From Lama glama (Eukaryota), in assembly GCA_028534125.1 (NCBI GenBank), contig CM052817.1, forward strand, positions 105,960,001 through 106,024,000: a stretch of DNA of 64,000 nt, written 5' to 3'. Shown piece after piece: positions 50,580 to 63,259 of the stretch. Position 1 is the stretch's first letter. Every line of letters begins with the position of its first letter. The notes under the pieces are model-generated. The model ran no database searches, had not been told where the DNA came from, and saw nothing but the letters and a program-made list of their open reading frames with translations. A program made the translations under genes and the position numbers.

Positions 50580-51101
50580 TGCAGGGCAGGGAAAACTTCT
50601 CCTCAGCTATCACAGGGTCTCCAAGTGGGCCTACAAGTTAAGTTGATGTAAAACAGATTAACAGGGGAAAAGCATACAAATTTACTAAATTTTTACATGT
50701 ACATGAGAGCCTTTATAAGAGAATGAAGACCCAAAGAAGTGACCAGAGCAAGGAGTTTTTATACTTTTCAGAGAAAGAAACAAAACATTTGTGACAAATT
50801 AACAAGACAAAAGGGTTTGGGGTGAGGGCAGTAAATAGTGAAGAAGGAAGTAAGATGATAAAGGTTTGTTTAACAAGGTTGGTTGTAAGATTTCAGAGCC
50901 CCCAATTCCCCACCCAGAGCGATAATAATGTTTTCCTTCCTCTCAGTACAGGGAGAGTACATTTTACATGCAAGTTTTATCTTCTGCTTTCAGGAAGAAA
51001 AAGGAGGGTCAGAGTGTCCTTCTTGAACTTGTTATTTCTTAACTAAAAGCAATCAATATGTCAGGCACATATTTTGGGGGGACATATTCTGGTTTCCTTC
51101 A
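50580..51101 (-). mobile_element. MER34/MER39-like ERV1 LTR
   Basis: Reverse complement starts 'tgaaggaaaccagaatatgtccccccaaaatatg', like the remembered MER34 start. TG/CA termini. Confidence 0.85.
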
Positions 51102-51593
51102 CTCCGTGCAAGCTGGCTCTTATCATAGTTTGAACAATACTTGAAACCATTAGCGGAACAGGGGAGAGGGAGAGAACTGTGCATTTTCCATCCTGGTTCC
51201 CCTCCTCTAGCAATGAATCCAGGCCCTGTTATGTCTCACTGTCTACTTCTCAAATCCTGACGCAATGACCTGCCATTGCTTTACTTTTCATCGAGTGATC
51301 TGCACTCTAAGTACAGTAATACAGCAACTGAACTTTGTCTCTTTGACATACTGTTTTAAATACTCTGAGTGGCTTTTAAGTTGCTGAACTGACTTGGTCT
51401 AATGTAGAGAAGGAAGTGTGGAAGCACAAATCATGTGTTGGGTTTATTATATGAAATTTCCTTACCTTCTACATATAGGTGTTCACAGAAAGACCCTGAG
51501 TATACTCCTTTCTCCAAGGCATGAAAAAATATATTAGTGGTAAGAACATCAGCATTCTTGGAAAGCTTTTTAGATTTGGAATTAAAAAATTTC

Positions 51594-53100
51594 TGGTACC
51601 AATTCTATTTTTTTTTTTTTGGTACCAATTCTAACATGCATGTGTGTTGGGAGGGTTTCCCCATACCAACAAGCTATTCTCGGGACACAAACTAGGTGTC
51701 CTACAATTCATCTCAATTCTGACCCTCTGTGTGGAGATAGCATCAGATTCTGCTAGTGGATAAAGGAACCCCTAAATTAGGAAGCTCATCAAAGTGTGTG
51801 TCCTTGCCACTGGCTGTGAAAGAATTCAGGCAGCAGAGGCAGAAGAATGAAGCAAACAGCCATTTCATTGCTCATAAGGGGTGATGGAAGGAAAGTGCTC
51901 AAGCAAGGAGAAGGAATGAAAAGCACTTGGGTGGGGAAGGGGAACACTTGGGCCGGGAGCCATCAGCCAAGATGGCCAGTAGAGACAGCTCCAGCTGTAG
52001 CTTGGGCCATGTGGACTTTTCTGGGAGGCTTCTGCCATCATGTCCCTGCTGTGGGTGTGATGCAGCCAATTTCCATGTCTTCCATCTTTGTATGGGCTTT
52101 TCTGGTTGTTGTCCTGACGATCATCAACTGTCCTGGTACTTGTACAGGTGGCTGTGTCCCTTAATATGCTAATGCATTTCAATGATGTATGAGGTACCAG
52201 ATCCATTGGAAGTTAAATCCTCTGCAGGTTCTAACCAGTTCTTCTTTCTTTTGAGACCTAGATAAGAGTAATTGATTTATAGTCCAGGGAGGGACAAGGG
52301 TAGGATCCTGGGGACAACAGCCTTGGGAACAAAAAAGAAAATTGCTTGGAGTCAGAATGCTTGCAATTTGGTGGACCCAGTGTCCTCCTCCAAAAATAAC
52401 TCTGAAGATTCTGCTCAGCCATAAACAAGAGGCAGGCGCTGTGGGGGGAGGGCCCTTAGCTCCCATAGAAGAACTTGAAGATAGTGTTTTGTATACACAT
52501 CCCTTGAGGAGGAACCAGGACCCTGCCCCAAGGCTGCACTATTGTTTCTTGACTGCTCCTCCCTTGTTTCTGCCTTCCCTCCCTTCCCTGATTAGCAACT
52601 GTTTCAATCTGCCTTTTGGAACTCAGGGAAGGTCAAGGAGCCTGTGTGAAGCTTGTTTCTTAGGAAGGAGAAACAGGGGACAGAAAGGTTTTGTACTTGG
52701 GAGGGCCCACAAGGTCCTGCTCCCTTTTAATTCCACAGGTTAAATGCTCAGTCCTACAAGACTACCCTGGACCCCCATCAGAGATCATTCACAAGTCCAT
52801 GTTGTTACCTGTACATCTAACCAAACCAGCTGCAAACTGCAGGTTCTCACAACCTCCTTCTTGGACTTCAGACACCATTCATCAGTCTATTTTGTTACCT
52901 GACTTCTGACTGAACCCCTCCTCAGGTTTAACTAATTTGTATGAGCAGCTCACAAAACTCAGAAAAATCATTTTACTTACTAGATCGCTGGGTTATTATA
53001 AAAGGATATAACTCAGGAACAGTCAGATAGAAGAGATCCATAGGATAAGGTCTGTAGGAAAAGCACAGAGCTTCCGAAGCCACTCGGAGAGCACCAGACT
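51594..53100 (-). mobile_element. MER21-like LTR, split (51594-51750 and 52730-~53100)
   Basis: 'ggtgtcctacaattcatctcaattctgac...gcatcagattc|cacaggttaaatgctcagtcctacaagact' rejoins across the insertion. Confidence 0.85.
51751..52729 (-). mobile_element. ~980-bp ERV1 LTR inserted in MER21
   Basis: TSD ATTC (51747-51750 / 52730-52733). TG start. The right end 'gggagggcccacaaggtcctgctc' is typical of antisense artiodactyl ERV1 LTR starts. Confidence 0.85.
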
Positions 53101-53565
53101 CAGGTGAGCAGCTGACCTGAGTTTCTTTGGCAAGTTGGTTACATAGGGTGTAAAAATGAATGGGTGGAATATTCACTGAGGAGGGAAGGGCTTGGGGTCA
53201 TTTTCCCTGATTTTCATCCCAACTCCAGGATCAGGAGAGTCATGGCATCAATTCATATGGGCACTTCTTATCTGCAAGGTTAATTTTATTGAAATGAGGG
53301 CATAATGAGCAAAAAGTTACATTTGGACATGAGATTTCTGCTTTTTCCCACCTTTTTTGTCAGCCTCCAGTACACTCATCACCCCAAAATGTGTAATTTC
53401 TTATCAGCCCAGAAGTTCCTGCTTTTCCTTCTCTGCCCAGGGACCCCTGGTGCTTACATGATGTAGGGTTTCCTCCATTTGGCCTGTGCCCCTCCTTTCT
53501 GCCCAGTTCCTGCCATTTGGCCTGTGTCCCCTTTCTCTGCTCATCTCTAGCTATCTGTCTGCTCA
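53100..53565 (-). mobile_element. Partial ERV LTR with internal tandem motif
   Basis: Ends 'ctagctatctgtctgctca'. Repeated 'ccatttggcctgtg' at ~53475 and ~53513. Confidence 0.65.
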
Positions 53566-53689
53566 GAGTCAGAAATCAATCCAATGAAAATTCTGGGTCT
53601 GGTTTGATGACTGAAGATCCTATGGGTCCCACAATTGTGAACATGTTGGGGAACAGGGTCTAAACCAAGAGGCATTTGGCACTGCCTAA

Positions 53690-54150
53690 CCCTGAGAAAG
53701 TGACAACATTCATCTTGGGTCTCTTCAGGTTTTAGAGGCAACAAAAGCCCACACTGGGTTTCGTGATCCAACTCCTATGAGTTAACTCATTCAGCTGGAA
53801 ATTTTTGAGTGGAGTCAAAAGAAAAATATGGCTGTAAGCAAGTTCAGACTGAAGAGGAAGCCTCCCAAAACTCTGATCTCATAAACCTGCAGATACAATG
53901 GTGCTCACACGGCCAATCCTAAACAAAGGGTGCTTTGTGGATCCCTGGGAAGCCCCATTACAATGAGGGCAGCACAGATTCGGAGGACTTTGTGGAAAAA
54001 TAATGGCCTCCTCTAGAGATAACTATTCTCTTTCTGAAAGGCAGCTCTTATCTCTTCATTGGCCCTTGGTAGAACTTGACTGTATAGCTGTGCTTTATCC
54101 CATGACTCTGAGACCTGAACTGACATCCTGATTGAGTGAAACTGAATCCA
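53690..54150 (+). pseudogene. ERVL pol relic (RT connection/RNase H region)
   Basis: From 53715 it translates LGLFRF*RQQKPTLG (cf. ERVL GLFGFWRQHIPHLG). From 54018 it translates DNYSLSERQLLSLHWPLVELD...MTLRPEL (cf. DNYSPFEKQLLACYWALVE...VTMRPEL). Stops and frameshifts present. Confidence 0.85.
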
Positions 54151-54412
54151 CCGAAACACAAAAATGGATTTTCAGCCTTTGTTTTCTGTTACAAAATTAG
54201 GACAGAAAGAAATAAATTTGGAAGCAGTGTTATTCACTAGGATACCTCTTCATACATCCAAGACCAAGTTTCGTGGGTGGATATAGCAACCCAGTGAATT
54301 GAGGACCACGGAGGACTCAGGTTCTTCAATAGGAACGTCTGGATTACGACCCCTGTAAAGAAGGGTGATCAGCTTAAGTGCTGGCTGTGCGAAAAGAAAA
54401 GACTGAAATCTT

Positions 54413-54572
54413 TTTTTTTTAATTTTTTGGTTTGGGTTTTTTTTGGTGGGAGAGCAGAAATTAAGTTAATTCATTTACTTATTTATTTTAATGGAGGTAC
54501 TGGGGATTGAACCCAGGACCTTGTGTATGCTAAGCATGCGCCCTACCACTGAGCCATACCCTCCCTCCCCAC
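54413..54572 (-). mobile_element. vic-1-type tRNA-Ala SINE with TSD
   Basis: Well-preserved tRNA-Ala-like head and T-tail. 15-bp TSD aaagactgaaatctt (54398-54412) / aaagaatgaaatctt (54573-54587). Confidence 0.95.
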
Positions 54573-57500
54573 AAAGAATGAAATCTTAATAAATGCCAAC
54601 TACCACCTCATTGCCAGCACAGATACAAAAATCTTAGTAGCTAGGTATACTTGGATTACTCTATATTAACTAACATTAGTTGTGTCCTTTCTCGGAGGTG
54701 TGGTGCTTAACTACACAATTTAGAATTTGGGGGAGAGTTTGGATATTACACTGGTTTGGTTATGATGTCTAATAAATTTGAGTTTACTTTTCTTAAAGAA
54801 AAGATGAGATCATTTTTTTTTCAGGACAGATATTCACCTAAGATTCATCGCAAGCAAAAAGGATTAAATAAAGATAATTAATGTAACACAGTCACACAAT
54901 GCCTGAGTTTCACCTCATTTTTTGAGTGTGCTACTTGGTTAAGAGGTTATCTGGAGATCAGAGTAATATTTGTTCATTATTAACAGCAAGTTTCCTTGGA
55001 AACTCCTCTGTTTGCTCACCAGTTTGGGTATCTCCGTATACTCCAGGATGATTTTAGATTTCAAATCTCATTTCTCCTGTTGATAGAGCATTGTGGTATC
55101 AGTCCTCTTGGTATGTTCTAGTCTGTTTCCTGTGAAAATGTCTTAGACTTTTGTATTTCTAAACCATATAAATTCTGAACTTGTCTTAAACATAATGAAT
55201 ATATGAAATTGTCAAAACCTATCCAATTTAGTACAACTTAGCTGTCAAACTTATTTTATTTGGGGTTGAACTATTTTTTAATTACTAAGTCCATGAAAAA
55301 ATATTTTAAGCATAATAGATAATAAAGATTGCCTTTATTATTATACTTTGAAAGTTACTTACTATTCAGGTTTTGTCTTTGGGAAGTTTTTTATGAAGTT
55401 AAGTTAAAAAGATAATGTTGAAAAAACTGACAAGATTTCTATAAGCTTTAAGTGACCATTTTTACCTTTTTTTAAAGTTCACTAAAATCAGTGAAAAGGC
55501 TTTTATTTGCGAATGTACAGAGCTGAGTTCTCATCACACACGAGAAAGCCAGGAATGTGATGTAAAATTATCTGCAGCACATTTAGAAAATGTTTCTCTT
55601 CTCTTTCCATGACATTTTGGTTCAAAATACCATACTACTCATGAATACTTCCTATTTGCAAACCACAGATTATGTTCAGAAATAAATGATGCCTGTGGTT
55701 CCCAGTTCTATAAAAGAATTTCTGGTCTAACTTACACTACAAAAATGATCCAACAAATAGACTGTGTGCGACGTTTAAATCATCTGAAGATAATTCTGAC
55801 AAGGTTTGGTTGCAAGATTGAGATTTCCCAACATAGGCTGGTGAGATTCTCAAATTTTTTTTTTTTTAAAGAAATGAGAGATTTAGAAGATCAAATCTGC
55901 TGTCGTATCCACGGAAGCCAATCTATTATCAACAAGAATGTCATCACTCAGAATCCCTTCATGTCTTGTCATGTCTCCTGATAGTTTTGCTGAAGCCAAC
56001 TGTAGCAACACGCAGCAGAATTGGCATTGTTGCTTTTGTCATGATGAGCAGCCCTGCCAGAGTAACTGCCTAAAATGTCCCCAAAAGGGATCAAAACATC
56101 TTCATGTTAATTATTAAGAAAATCCAGTAGCTAAAATCTAATTATTGAAGCGTACTGCAATTAAAAAGAAAAACAAAAAAACTATCACCATGAGAATCAC
56201 GTAAGTGGATCAACCAACCCATTTCATGCCACACTGATAGAAAATCATACAAATCCATGTTTTAAATGTTAAAAAGGGTCTAAAACATATGTTCAGTCCC
56301 CTTGTTACAACTTTTGATACTGCTTATTTTCGAAATTGCTTAAACTGAAAGAGAGCATATTGTTCTCGAGGAACACAGTTATAATTATTGGAGATTTTTT
56401 TCTTCTTTTAAAACCAAAGTATTTAAATATCGATGTATTTCTGACAGCATCTACCTTGCAAATTAGTGCCAAAATATGTATTTAGTGTATGAGTAAATGA
56501 TAAAATGCTGTCTGGAACAACAGAAGAACATCTGTGGTTTATTTATTGTATTCCTCTAAATCTTTGACTTACTGTCTCTTTCTTTCGATTTATTCTGCAC
56601 TCTTCTGAATCAGTATACTTAGCTATCAGAAAGAATAAATATTTGGCAAATGCCTCCCAGGGAGAAAATAACCCTTATATTAGATAGTCAACTATAAGAT
56701 CATTTATGTAAAGTGGAAAAATAATTGTGACAATTCTTATTAAAAATAATTCTCCAGATAAAATATATCTTCATGATTCAGAAGTACATTTGCAGAGTGA
56801 AGTCAAACTGCATAATATAGTCTTGGCTTAAATTATGGGGAAGAAGGAGTTTTTCCCACGTACATGAGTCTTTCCTTTTTATCCATATATTAAGCAAATT
56901 TTAACCTATTGCAGTATTCTTGTTAAATACTTATAATTTTAGGTATGTAGGTAATTATTTATTAACTAAAAATTGAACGTCTCTAAAGAGGGAAATTTTG
57001 GTGGACATCGTGTTAACTGAAGCAGTTGGGGCATTTTGTCCTGGGGTTTCTTCCAAATAACTATCTAGTCATATGTCACATAAACAAGATTCAACTTCTG
57101 GGACAGGCCGAGCCAGTTTTCTGAAAAATTACATGGGCCTTCACAGGAAACTCATGTTACAAAATTACTATTTTGGTTAAAAGCAGAGTTTCTGTCAGAA
57201 ATATTGCAAAGTCATCCTTCTTCCTTCTTGAGAAACACAGACCAAATATACTTAAGAGGCTGGCTTTTATAACATTATATATATCCTATTTGAAATAATT
57301 GTTTGACACCTTAGTTATCAAGGGCTTCAGTGCAAAAAAGCATTAGAACAAAAAGAACCTGTTACTCAACCTTATTAACAAAATCATCTTCAGCATTTTT
57401 TTTAAATGATACATTATCCTAAGGTTCATATTTAAGCATTATAGGTTATGACTGCAGTCATACTGGGTAATCTAACACATTGAAAATGTCTATTATGCCA

Positions 57501-57666
57501 TTTGGTAGAATAACATTGTCAAGTGTTATTCTCCAATGCAGCGCCAGGAACTGGGAGGCATAATAGAGAAGAAATGATCAGCATATGGTCATAATAAACC
57601 AGCCATTGTTTTGGCATTTTACAATACACGATATTACTGTTCGTAAGGGTCCCATCTGAATTGTGA

Positions 57667-57835
57667 CTTTGTTTTCTTTTTTCTTTTTTCTTTTTCTTTT
57701 TCTTTTTCTTTTTTTTTTTTTGATTAGGGAAAAGGGCTTAGAGAGATTTAGTAAATTAATATTGCTTACAATGGTAGGAGACCATAACACTGATGTTTAA
57801 ACCAGGATCCATTTGACCCCGACATTTCACATTTG
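57667..57835 (-). mobile_element. T-rich simple repeat (57667-57721) followed by a MIR fragment
   Basis: (CTTTTT)n run, then 'gcttagagagatttagtaaatt...tttaaaccaggatccatttgacccc'. Confidence 0.55.
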
Positions 57836-58552
57836 TCAGTTTTGCTAGTGTAATAACTGTAGTCTGCACTAACTTGAAACACCTAGCCTGCCTTTTACCT
57901 CTGTTCACTTTCTGATGTAGAAGATTTTAATGCACAGTTGTCTATCAGAATTATGTGCCTCAGTTGAACAGATAATAAACTTAACGATCTTCATCTGATG
58001 TGTCATTGGTTATAAAGGTCATAAGAGATCATGTTAGACAAAGGTGAAGGGGACAGTTTTATCATTTCCAAACTTACATACATTCTTCCTGTTCTTTGTT
58101 GTTTGGGTCTGACCTGTTCTTGACTGAGCTACCTGTGTGTTTCACAAAGTATCAAAGGTACATCTTATGGAATGACTTACCTGCAGAAATTTGACCTTCG
58201 TGCCTGTCAGCTTTGAAGAGTGTGGGGGAATTGGGACTGGTACTGAAGGACTGACTAATCATGATCACTGTGCACCAGAAAGGGAGTAGTTTATCCCATT
58301 CAGATTCCTTGGGAAAAGATACTTGAAGGTCATTCTCCCCTTTGTTGAAAATTATTGAAAACATACTGCTCATTACGATAAACTTTCATGCCTGAGATCC
58401 CATATGGAAATGGACTTTCATAAGGCTGTTTATCTTGAATGATCTGCATCCTTTCCCCTACCTGTTAATAAGTGACTATGTGTACTTTCTTTTGAGTTGA
58501 CACTGAAAAATTTTGCAATGGACGGTCACTCACTAAAACTCCTTCAGCTGTT

Positions 58553-58850
58553 AATCATTCATTCATTCAAAATTATCAAGACCTTATTAGGTGCCCACAA
58601 CTTCTCTAAGCACTGAGAATTCAGCAGTAAGTAAAACGGTTCTAAAAGCTGCCTTCAGGAAGTTTACATTCCAGTAGGGAAGACAGATGAAAAAACCTAG
58701 AAGTAAAGAGATAAAGGAGAGAAACAAATCAACAAAGAAGGATAAATAGGAAGTTTCCAATGGTAGAGACTGATGGAGTGAAATATCAGTAAGAGAGCAA
58801 CTAGAATGATCTCTAATAAAAAGATGACTTGTGCATAAGTACATGAAGGA
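58553..58850 (-). mobile_element. L2a-like 3' end
   Basis: 'tcattcattcattcaaaa...ctaagcactgagaattcagcagtaag...tgccttcaggaagtttacattccagtagggaagacaga'. Confidence 0.85.
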
Positions 58851-59229
58851 TCCTAACAGTATACTTATAGATTCTATTTGTTACTTGTCTTAAATAATTA
58901 CAGGCAGAACAGCTTATCACATGTATTTTATAATTCTTAAGTCTCATAAAAGCCTTATCAACCTTTACAAATTGTATTGTTATGTCACTGGGTTTTACTC
59001 ACTACACGCTGAAAAGCACTGTTACTCTTTCAAGTCCTCAAAGTCAAGAAGAATCTTTTCTACTTGAAGATCTTTACATACACGGCTTCTGCAGCACAAT
59101 GTGTTTTTTCTTTCTTTTTTCTTTTTTTATTCCGCCTCATCATAAAGCCCACTTCGTCATACAGTCATTCTACAATCGTCCAATATAAAGCAAATCTCCC
59201 CTTGGAAGGTAATATAATCACTTTTTTTT

Positions 59230-61130
59230 TTTTGCATAACAACACTTCAATTTCTTTAATCAATATGTAAGTCTTTTCAGATTTCCATTTCTTATATCAA
59301 TTTGGATATTGTCTGTATCAAGGAATTTGTCCAATTTCTCTAAACCACTAGTAACTGGTATAAATTTGCTTATATTGTTCCCTTTTCATCTTTTTACTGA
59401 TTATTGACTCTTTCATTTTTAATTTTAGTAATTTGCATCATCTCTGCTTATTTTCCTTTTACAGTCTAGTAAAATGTTTACCAAACTACTGATCTTATAA
59501 TCTATTGTTTTTGTTTTTATTTTTCTCTATTGTTTGTCTTTATTGTTTTTATTATGCCTTAGTACTCATCTTCCATTGAATTTTCTAAGATTTTTTCCAA
59601 TTTGTAAAGTGGAGTCAGATCATTATATTATAGTTTTCTTTTTTCAATTATAACATTTAAAGATATGACTTTCTCTTAAACATTTCTTTATGTACAACAT
59701 AAATATTAATATTTGTGTTTTCCTAGTCATTCCATTTAAAATATTTCCTAATTTCACTTGTATTTTTCCGTTTGATCCATTGGCTAGTTAAGAGTATGTG
59801 AGTTTACAAAATGTATGTATTTTCCAGATACTTTTTTGTTATTGACTTGTAATATTTTCTCTTTTGGTCAGGGAAGAGTCTTAAAGGATTTAAGCCATTT
59901 TATACTTTATAAAAAACATCTGGCCTGTCATGGTCAGTTCAGATGTGCAATTGAAAAGAATGTTTATTCTGCTTTCATTGGTGGAGGGGAGTGTACATGT
60001 CAGTTAGTTCCAGTTGATGACTTTCATAGCTTTTTTAAATTTTCTAAACACTTTGTCAATTCCTAAGAGAGAGTTGTTCAAATCTCTAAATATGTTTTTG
60101 ATTTTTTTATTCCTCTTTCAAGTCCAGCTTCTGTATTCCAACTTTTTCTTCAAAAGCATACACATTTATTATTTTATTTTTGGTTAACTTAATTGACTTC
60201 TTTATTGTGAAATATCCCTTTACATTTATTTAACACTTTACTTTCTAAATTATACTTTATATTTATATAGCCACTCTTGATTTTGTATAATTAGTGTTTG
60301 CATGGTAAACTTTTTTCATTCTTTTAATTTAGCATATTAGTGAATATCACTCTTTTATTTCATCTCACAATCTTTTCATTCTAACTGGTGTGTTTTATAT
60401 ATTTACATCTAAATTAATATGCAGTGTGGTTAGACTCATATTCATTATATTGGGTTTTGCTGTATTTCTTTAAAGAATATTGACTTTTGTTAAGTTATTT
60501 CTTAACTTATAGATCAGTTTGACTTTTTCAAAGCTTGTTTTTAGGGTTCCTTTCTCTTTCTCTTTCTTTCTCTCTCCCTCCCTCCCTCCCTCCCTCCCTT
60601 TCTTTCTTTCTTTTTCTTTCTCCTTCCTTCCTTCCTTTCTTTCTCTGTTTCTTCCTTCCTTCCTTTCTTCCTTCCTTCCTTCCTCCCCTTCCTTCCTTCC
60701 TTCCTTCCTCCCCTTCCTTCCTTCCTTTCTTTTTTTTCCCCCAGATGAGAATATATTTTACTCTATGGCTTTTTAATCTTGCTTCCAAGATATTTACTTT
60801 TTTGATGTTTCTACTAAATGCCCTACATGTTTGATTAATTATCTCTACTCTGGTAGAAACTTCAATGTTTCCAGCCCTTAAATTTTTTTGGTAGCTGTTC
60901 ATTTCCTGGTTTTAAAATGAATAAGTAAATCATTTAAAATTAACTTCATGATTCATGTTCTCCATCGTAGTTTACCTTTATGTCCTAAAATGTAGATGTC
61001 TCTTTTGTTACTCTACTGAGCACAAATGTTATATCTCCATATGTCTTTTCCACTTTTTTTTTCCCTTTGTTTTATATTCTTCTGTCAACTTGTAATTCTG
61101 GAAACTTTATGTTCTCAGAGAAATTTCACC
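59230..61130 (-). mobile_element. Decayed L1ME-type ORF2 region
   Basis: 'tcaaggaatttgtccaatttctctaaa', 'tttgatccattggctagttaagagtatg' and 'gtgcaattgaaaagaatgtttattctgc' are antisense L1 motifs. Confidence 0.7.
60547..60742. repeat. Polypyrimidine compound microsatellite (CTTT/CCCT/CCTT)n
   Basis: Directly visible. Explains the low-complexity ORFs at 60519-60902. Confidence 0.97.
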
Positions 61131-61287
61131 AGTCTCTCTAGAATCTAGACATATTTCAAGCATAAAAGAGTAGATAACTATTAGACAAATTGTTGAATGA
61201 AGGAATGATTTGCAATGATTGCCAGAAGGAGAAAAGGAAAATGTATAAAGATGAATAAGATGAGAAATTTATCTTCTGAAGATGAAA

Positions 61288-62025
61288 TGTAGTAGAAATG
61301 CTTGGGCTGCTATAACAAACTGAGGGCTTCAACAATAAAAATTTATCTTCTGGGAGTCAGTTGCCTAAGGTCGCAGTGTAGGCAGGATTGGTTCCTCCTG
61401 AGAACCCTGAGTTAGAAACTGTCCCATGTCTCCTCTAGCTTCTGGTAGGACACTGGCAATCTCTGACATTCCTTGGCTTGTAAAAACATCACCACAATCA
61501 CTGTCTTCTTCTTCATATGGTGTTCTTCCTGTGGGCTTTTCTGTGTTCAAATGTCCTCTTTTTACAAGGACATCAGTTATATTGGGTTAGAGCCCAACCT
61601 AGTGACCTCATTTGAACTTGATTACCTATACACAGTCGGTCTTCTATATCCAGATTCAACCAACTGCAGATGGAAAATATTTGAAAAAATTCACTAAGTT
61701 TAAAAAAGCAAAACTTGATTTTGCCACATGCTGACATTTACGTAACATTTACATCATAGTTACAATTATTTATAGAGCATGTGTATAGTACTGGGTATTA
61801 TAAATAATCTAGGGATGATTTAAGATACACAGGAGTATGTGCATAGATTGTATGCAAATACTGCACCATTTACATAAGAGACTTGGTATCCTCAGGCGTC
61901 TTGAAACCAATCCCATGAAGACATCAACAGACAACAGTATACACCTTATCTAAAATAAGGTCACATTTTGAGGTACTGAGAATTGGGACTTCAGCATATG
62001 AATTTTGGAAGAAGCAAATTAACCC
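61288..62025 (-). mobile_element. MLT1B/C-like MaLR LTR split by a Tigger2-family MITE
   Basis: 'gggctgctataacaaac...gcaggattggttcctcctgag...acaaggacatcagttatattgggttagagcccaacc...ttacc|...aaataaggtcacattttgaggtactg...ggacttcagcatatgaattttgg'. Confidence 0.88.
61633..61938. mobile_element. MER2/Tigger2-family MITE
   Basis: 'cagtcggtcttctatatccagattcaaccaac...aatctagggatgatttaa...tatgcaaatactgcaccattt...aaccaatccc'. Confidence 0.85.
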
Positions 62026-63259
62026 ATAAAAATAGAGTACAACAGATTATATCCAATAATAAAAAAGAAATTAATAAATGAGATGTGATGTAAGTGGTGT
62101 ATTCCAGACGTTCTAGTTCTTAACAAAGCACCACAGGAGATAGACATTTCCAAACTGAAATATTTATTCAATGGTATAAAAATATTTTCAATATCATACC
62201 TTATCATGGACATGAGGAAAATAACAGGACAGTATCCCAGGAAACAAGGGCATAATGAGAGCACACTCTAATCAGGTTATAATGTCATACATTGGTTTTT
62301 TGGAAATTCTACAACGCACCGTTTTTAGAGAACATGGTAGATTTATAAAATAACAAGGCCCAAATCCTGGCTTTATGTGTCATAGCAAAGCTGCACACTC
62401 CTCTTAAATAGTAATCATTATATTAATAAAAACAAGAAAAGCAAAAAACATTCGATAATCATAGGTCTAGTCAGAGTCAAAGTAATTAGGTCTCGATATG
62501 AATTTACTTGTGCTCTGAAATGTCTTATGGTCATAAATAATTACAGAGCATCTTCCCATAATTTTTTCATGCTTTGATTTTGAAATTGTATTTGTGTTTT
62601 TAAAAAATACCTAACAGACCACTGTGTTATCTAGTACATTTTAGAGCTCAATAATACAAAAGAACCTCCTGAAGATACTGTCCCTTGTGTGAATACAGTA
62701 AACTCATGACTGAAAGATAAGAGAGACACATTTCTTAGGTTATTTCACACAATAGTTCCTTGAATATCCATAGTTTGTATTAAATCATATTGTACAGTTG
62801 ACAGTATTCCTGCATATTACAAAGTAAAACTTCTCTCCAAAAAATTTCTTGGTGACTTATTTCCTGTGCACAAGCTTTAGACACTGAGGGTGCCGAGACT
62901 ACCTTCAGTTTATTTTTAACTGTTTAATATGTGTGATTTCTGTAACCTGAAGACATTTAAATTATGACTACTTCCTCTGTAAAGTTTTGTTACCTTCTTC
63001 CTATCAAAAAACATACATATTTTTAGTATATAATATAAAACAAACATACTTCACTTAAAATAAAATCCACTGTCTGGAATCCTACAATTTCATATTAAAC
63101 TCATATTTCTAAGTCATCCTGTGTTGTGTCTTTAAGTTTTTACATATGGTCTTTATGCTATTTTCGACCTAAAACACTTCCTTGGGAATACATTTGTCTT
63201 TTCTAAGCCTTGACATTTTTTCCTTAGCTTCTTGGAAATACATTCTTAAAGGAAGTTTA

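Noticed and set aside
54492..54562. tRNA-Ala(AGC)-like sequence (also at ~4750, ~5065, ~47410, ~49970)
   Set aside because: Has a SINE tail and TSD, carries stem mismatches and occurs in multiple diverged copies, so it is a tRNA-derived SINE rather than a tRNA gene.
60519..60902. Low-complexity ORFs (SFLP / RKEG repeats)
   Set aside because: Translations of the CT-rich microsatellite.
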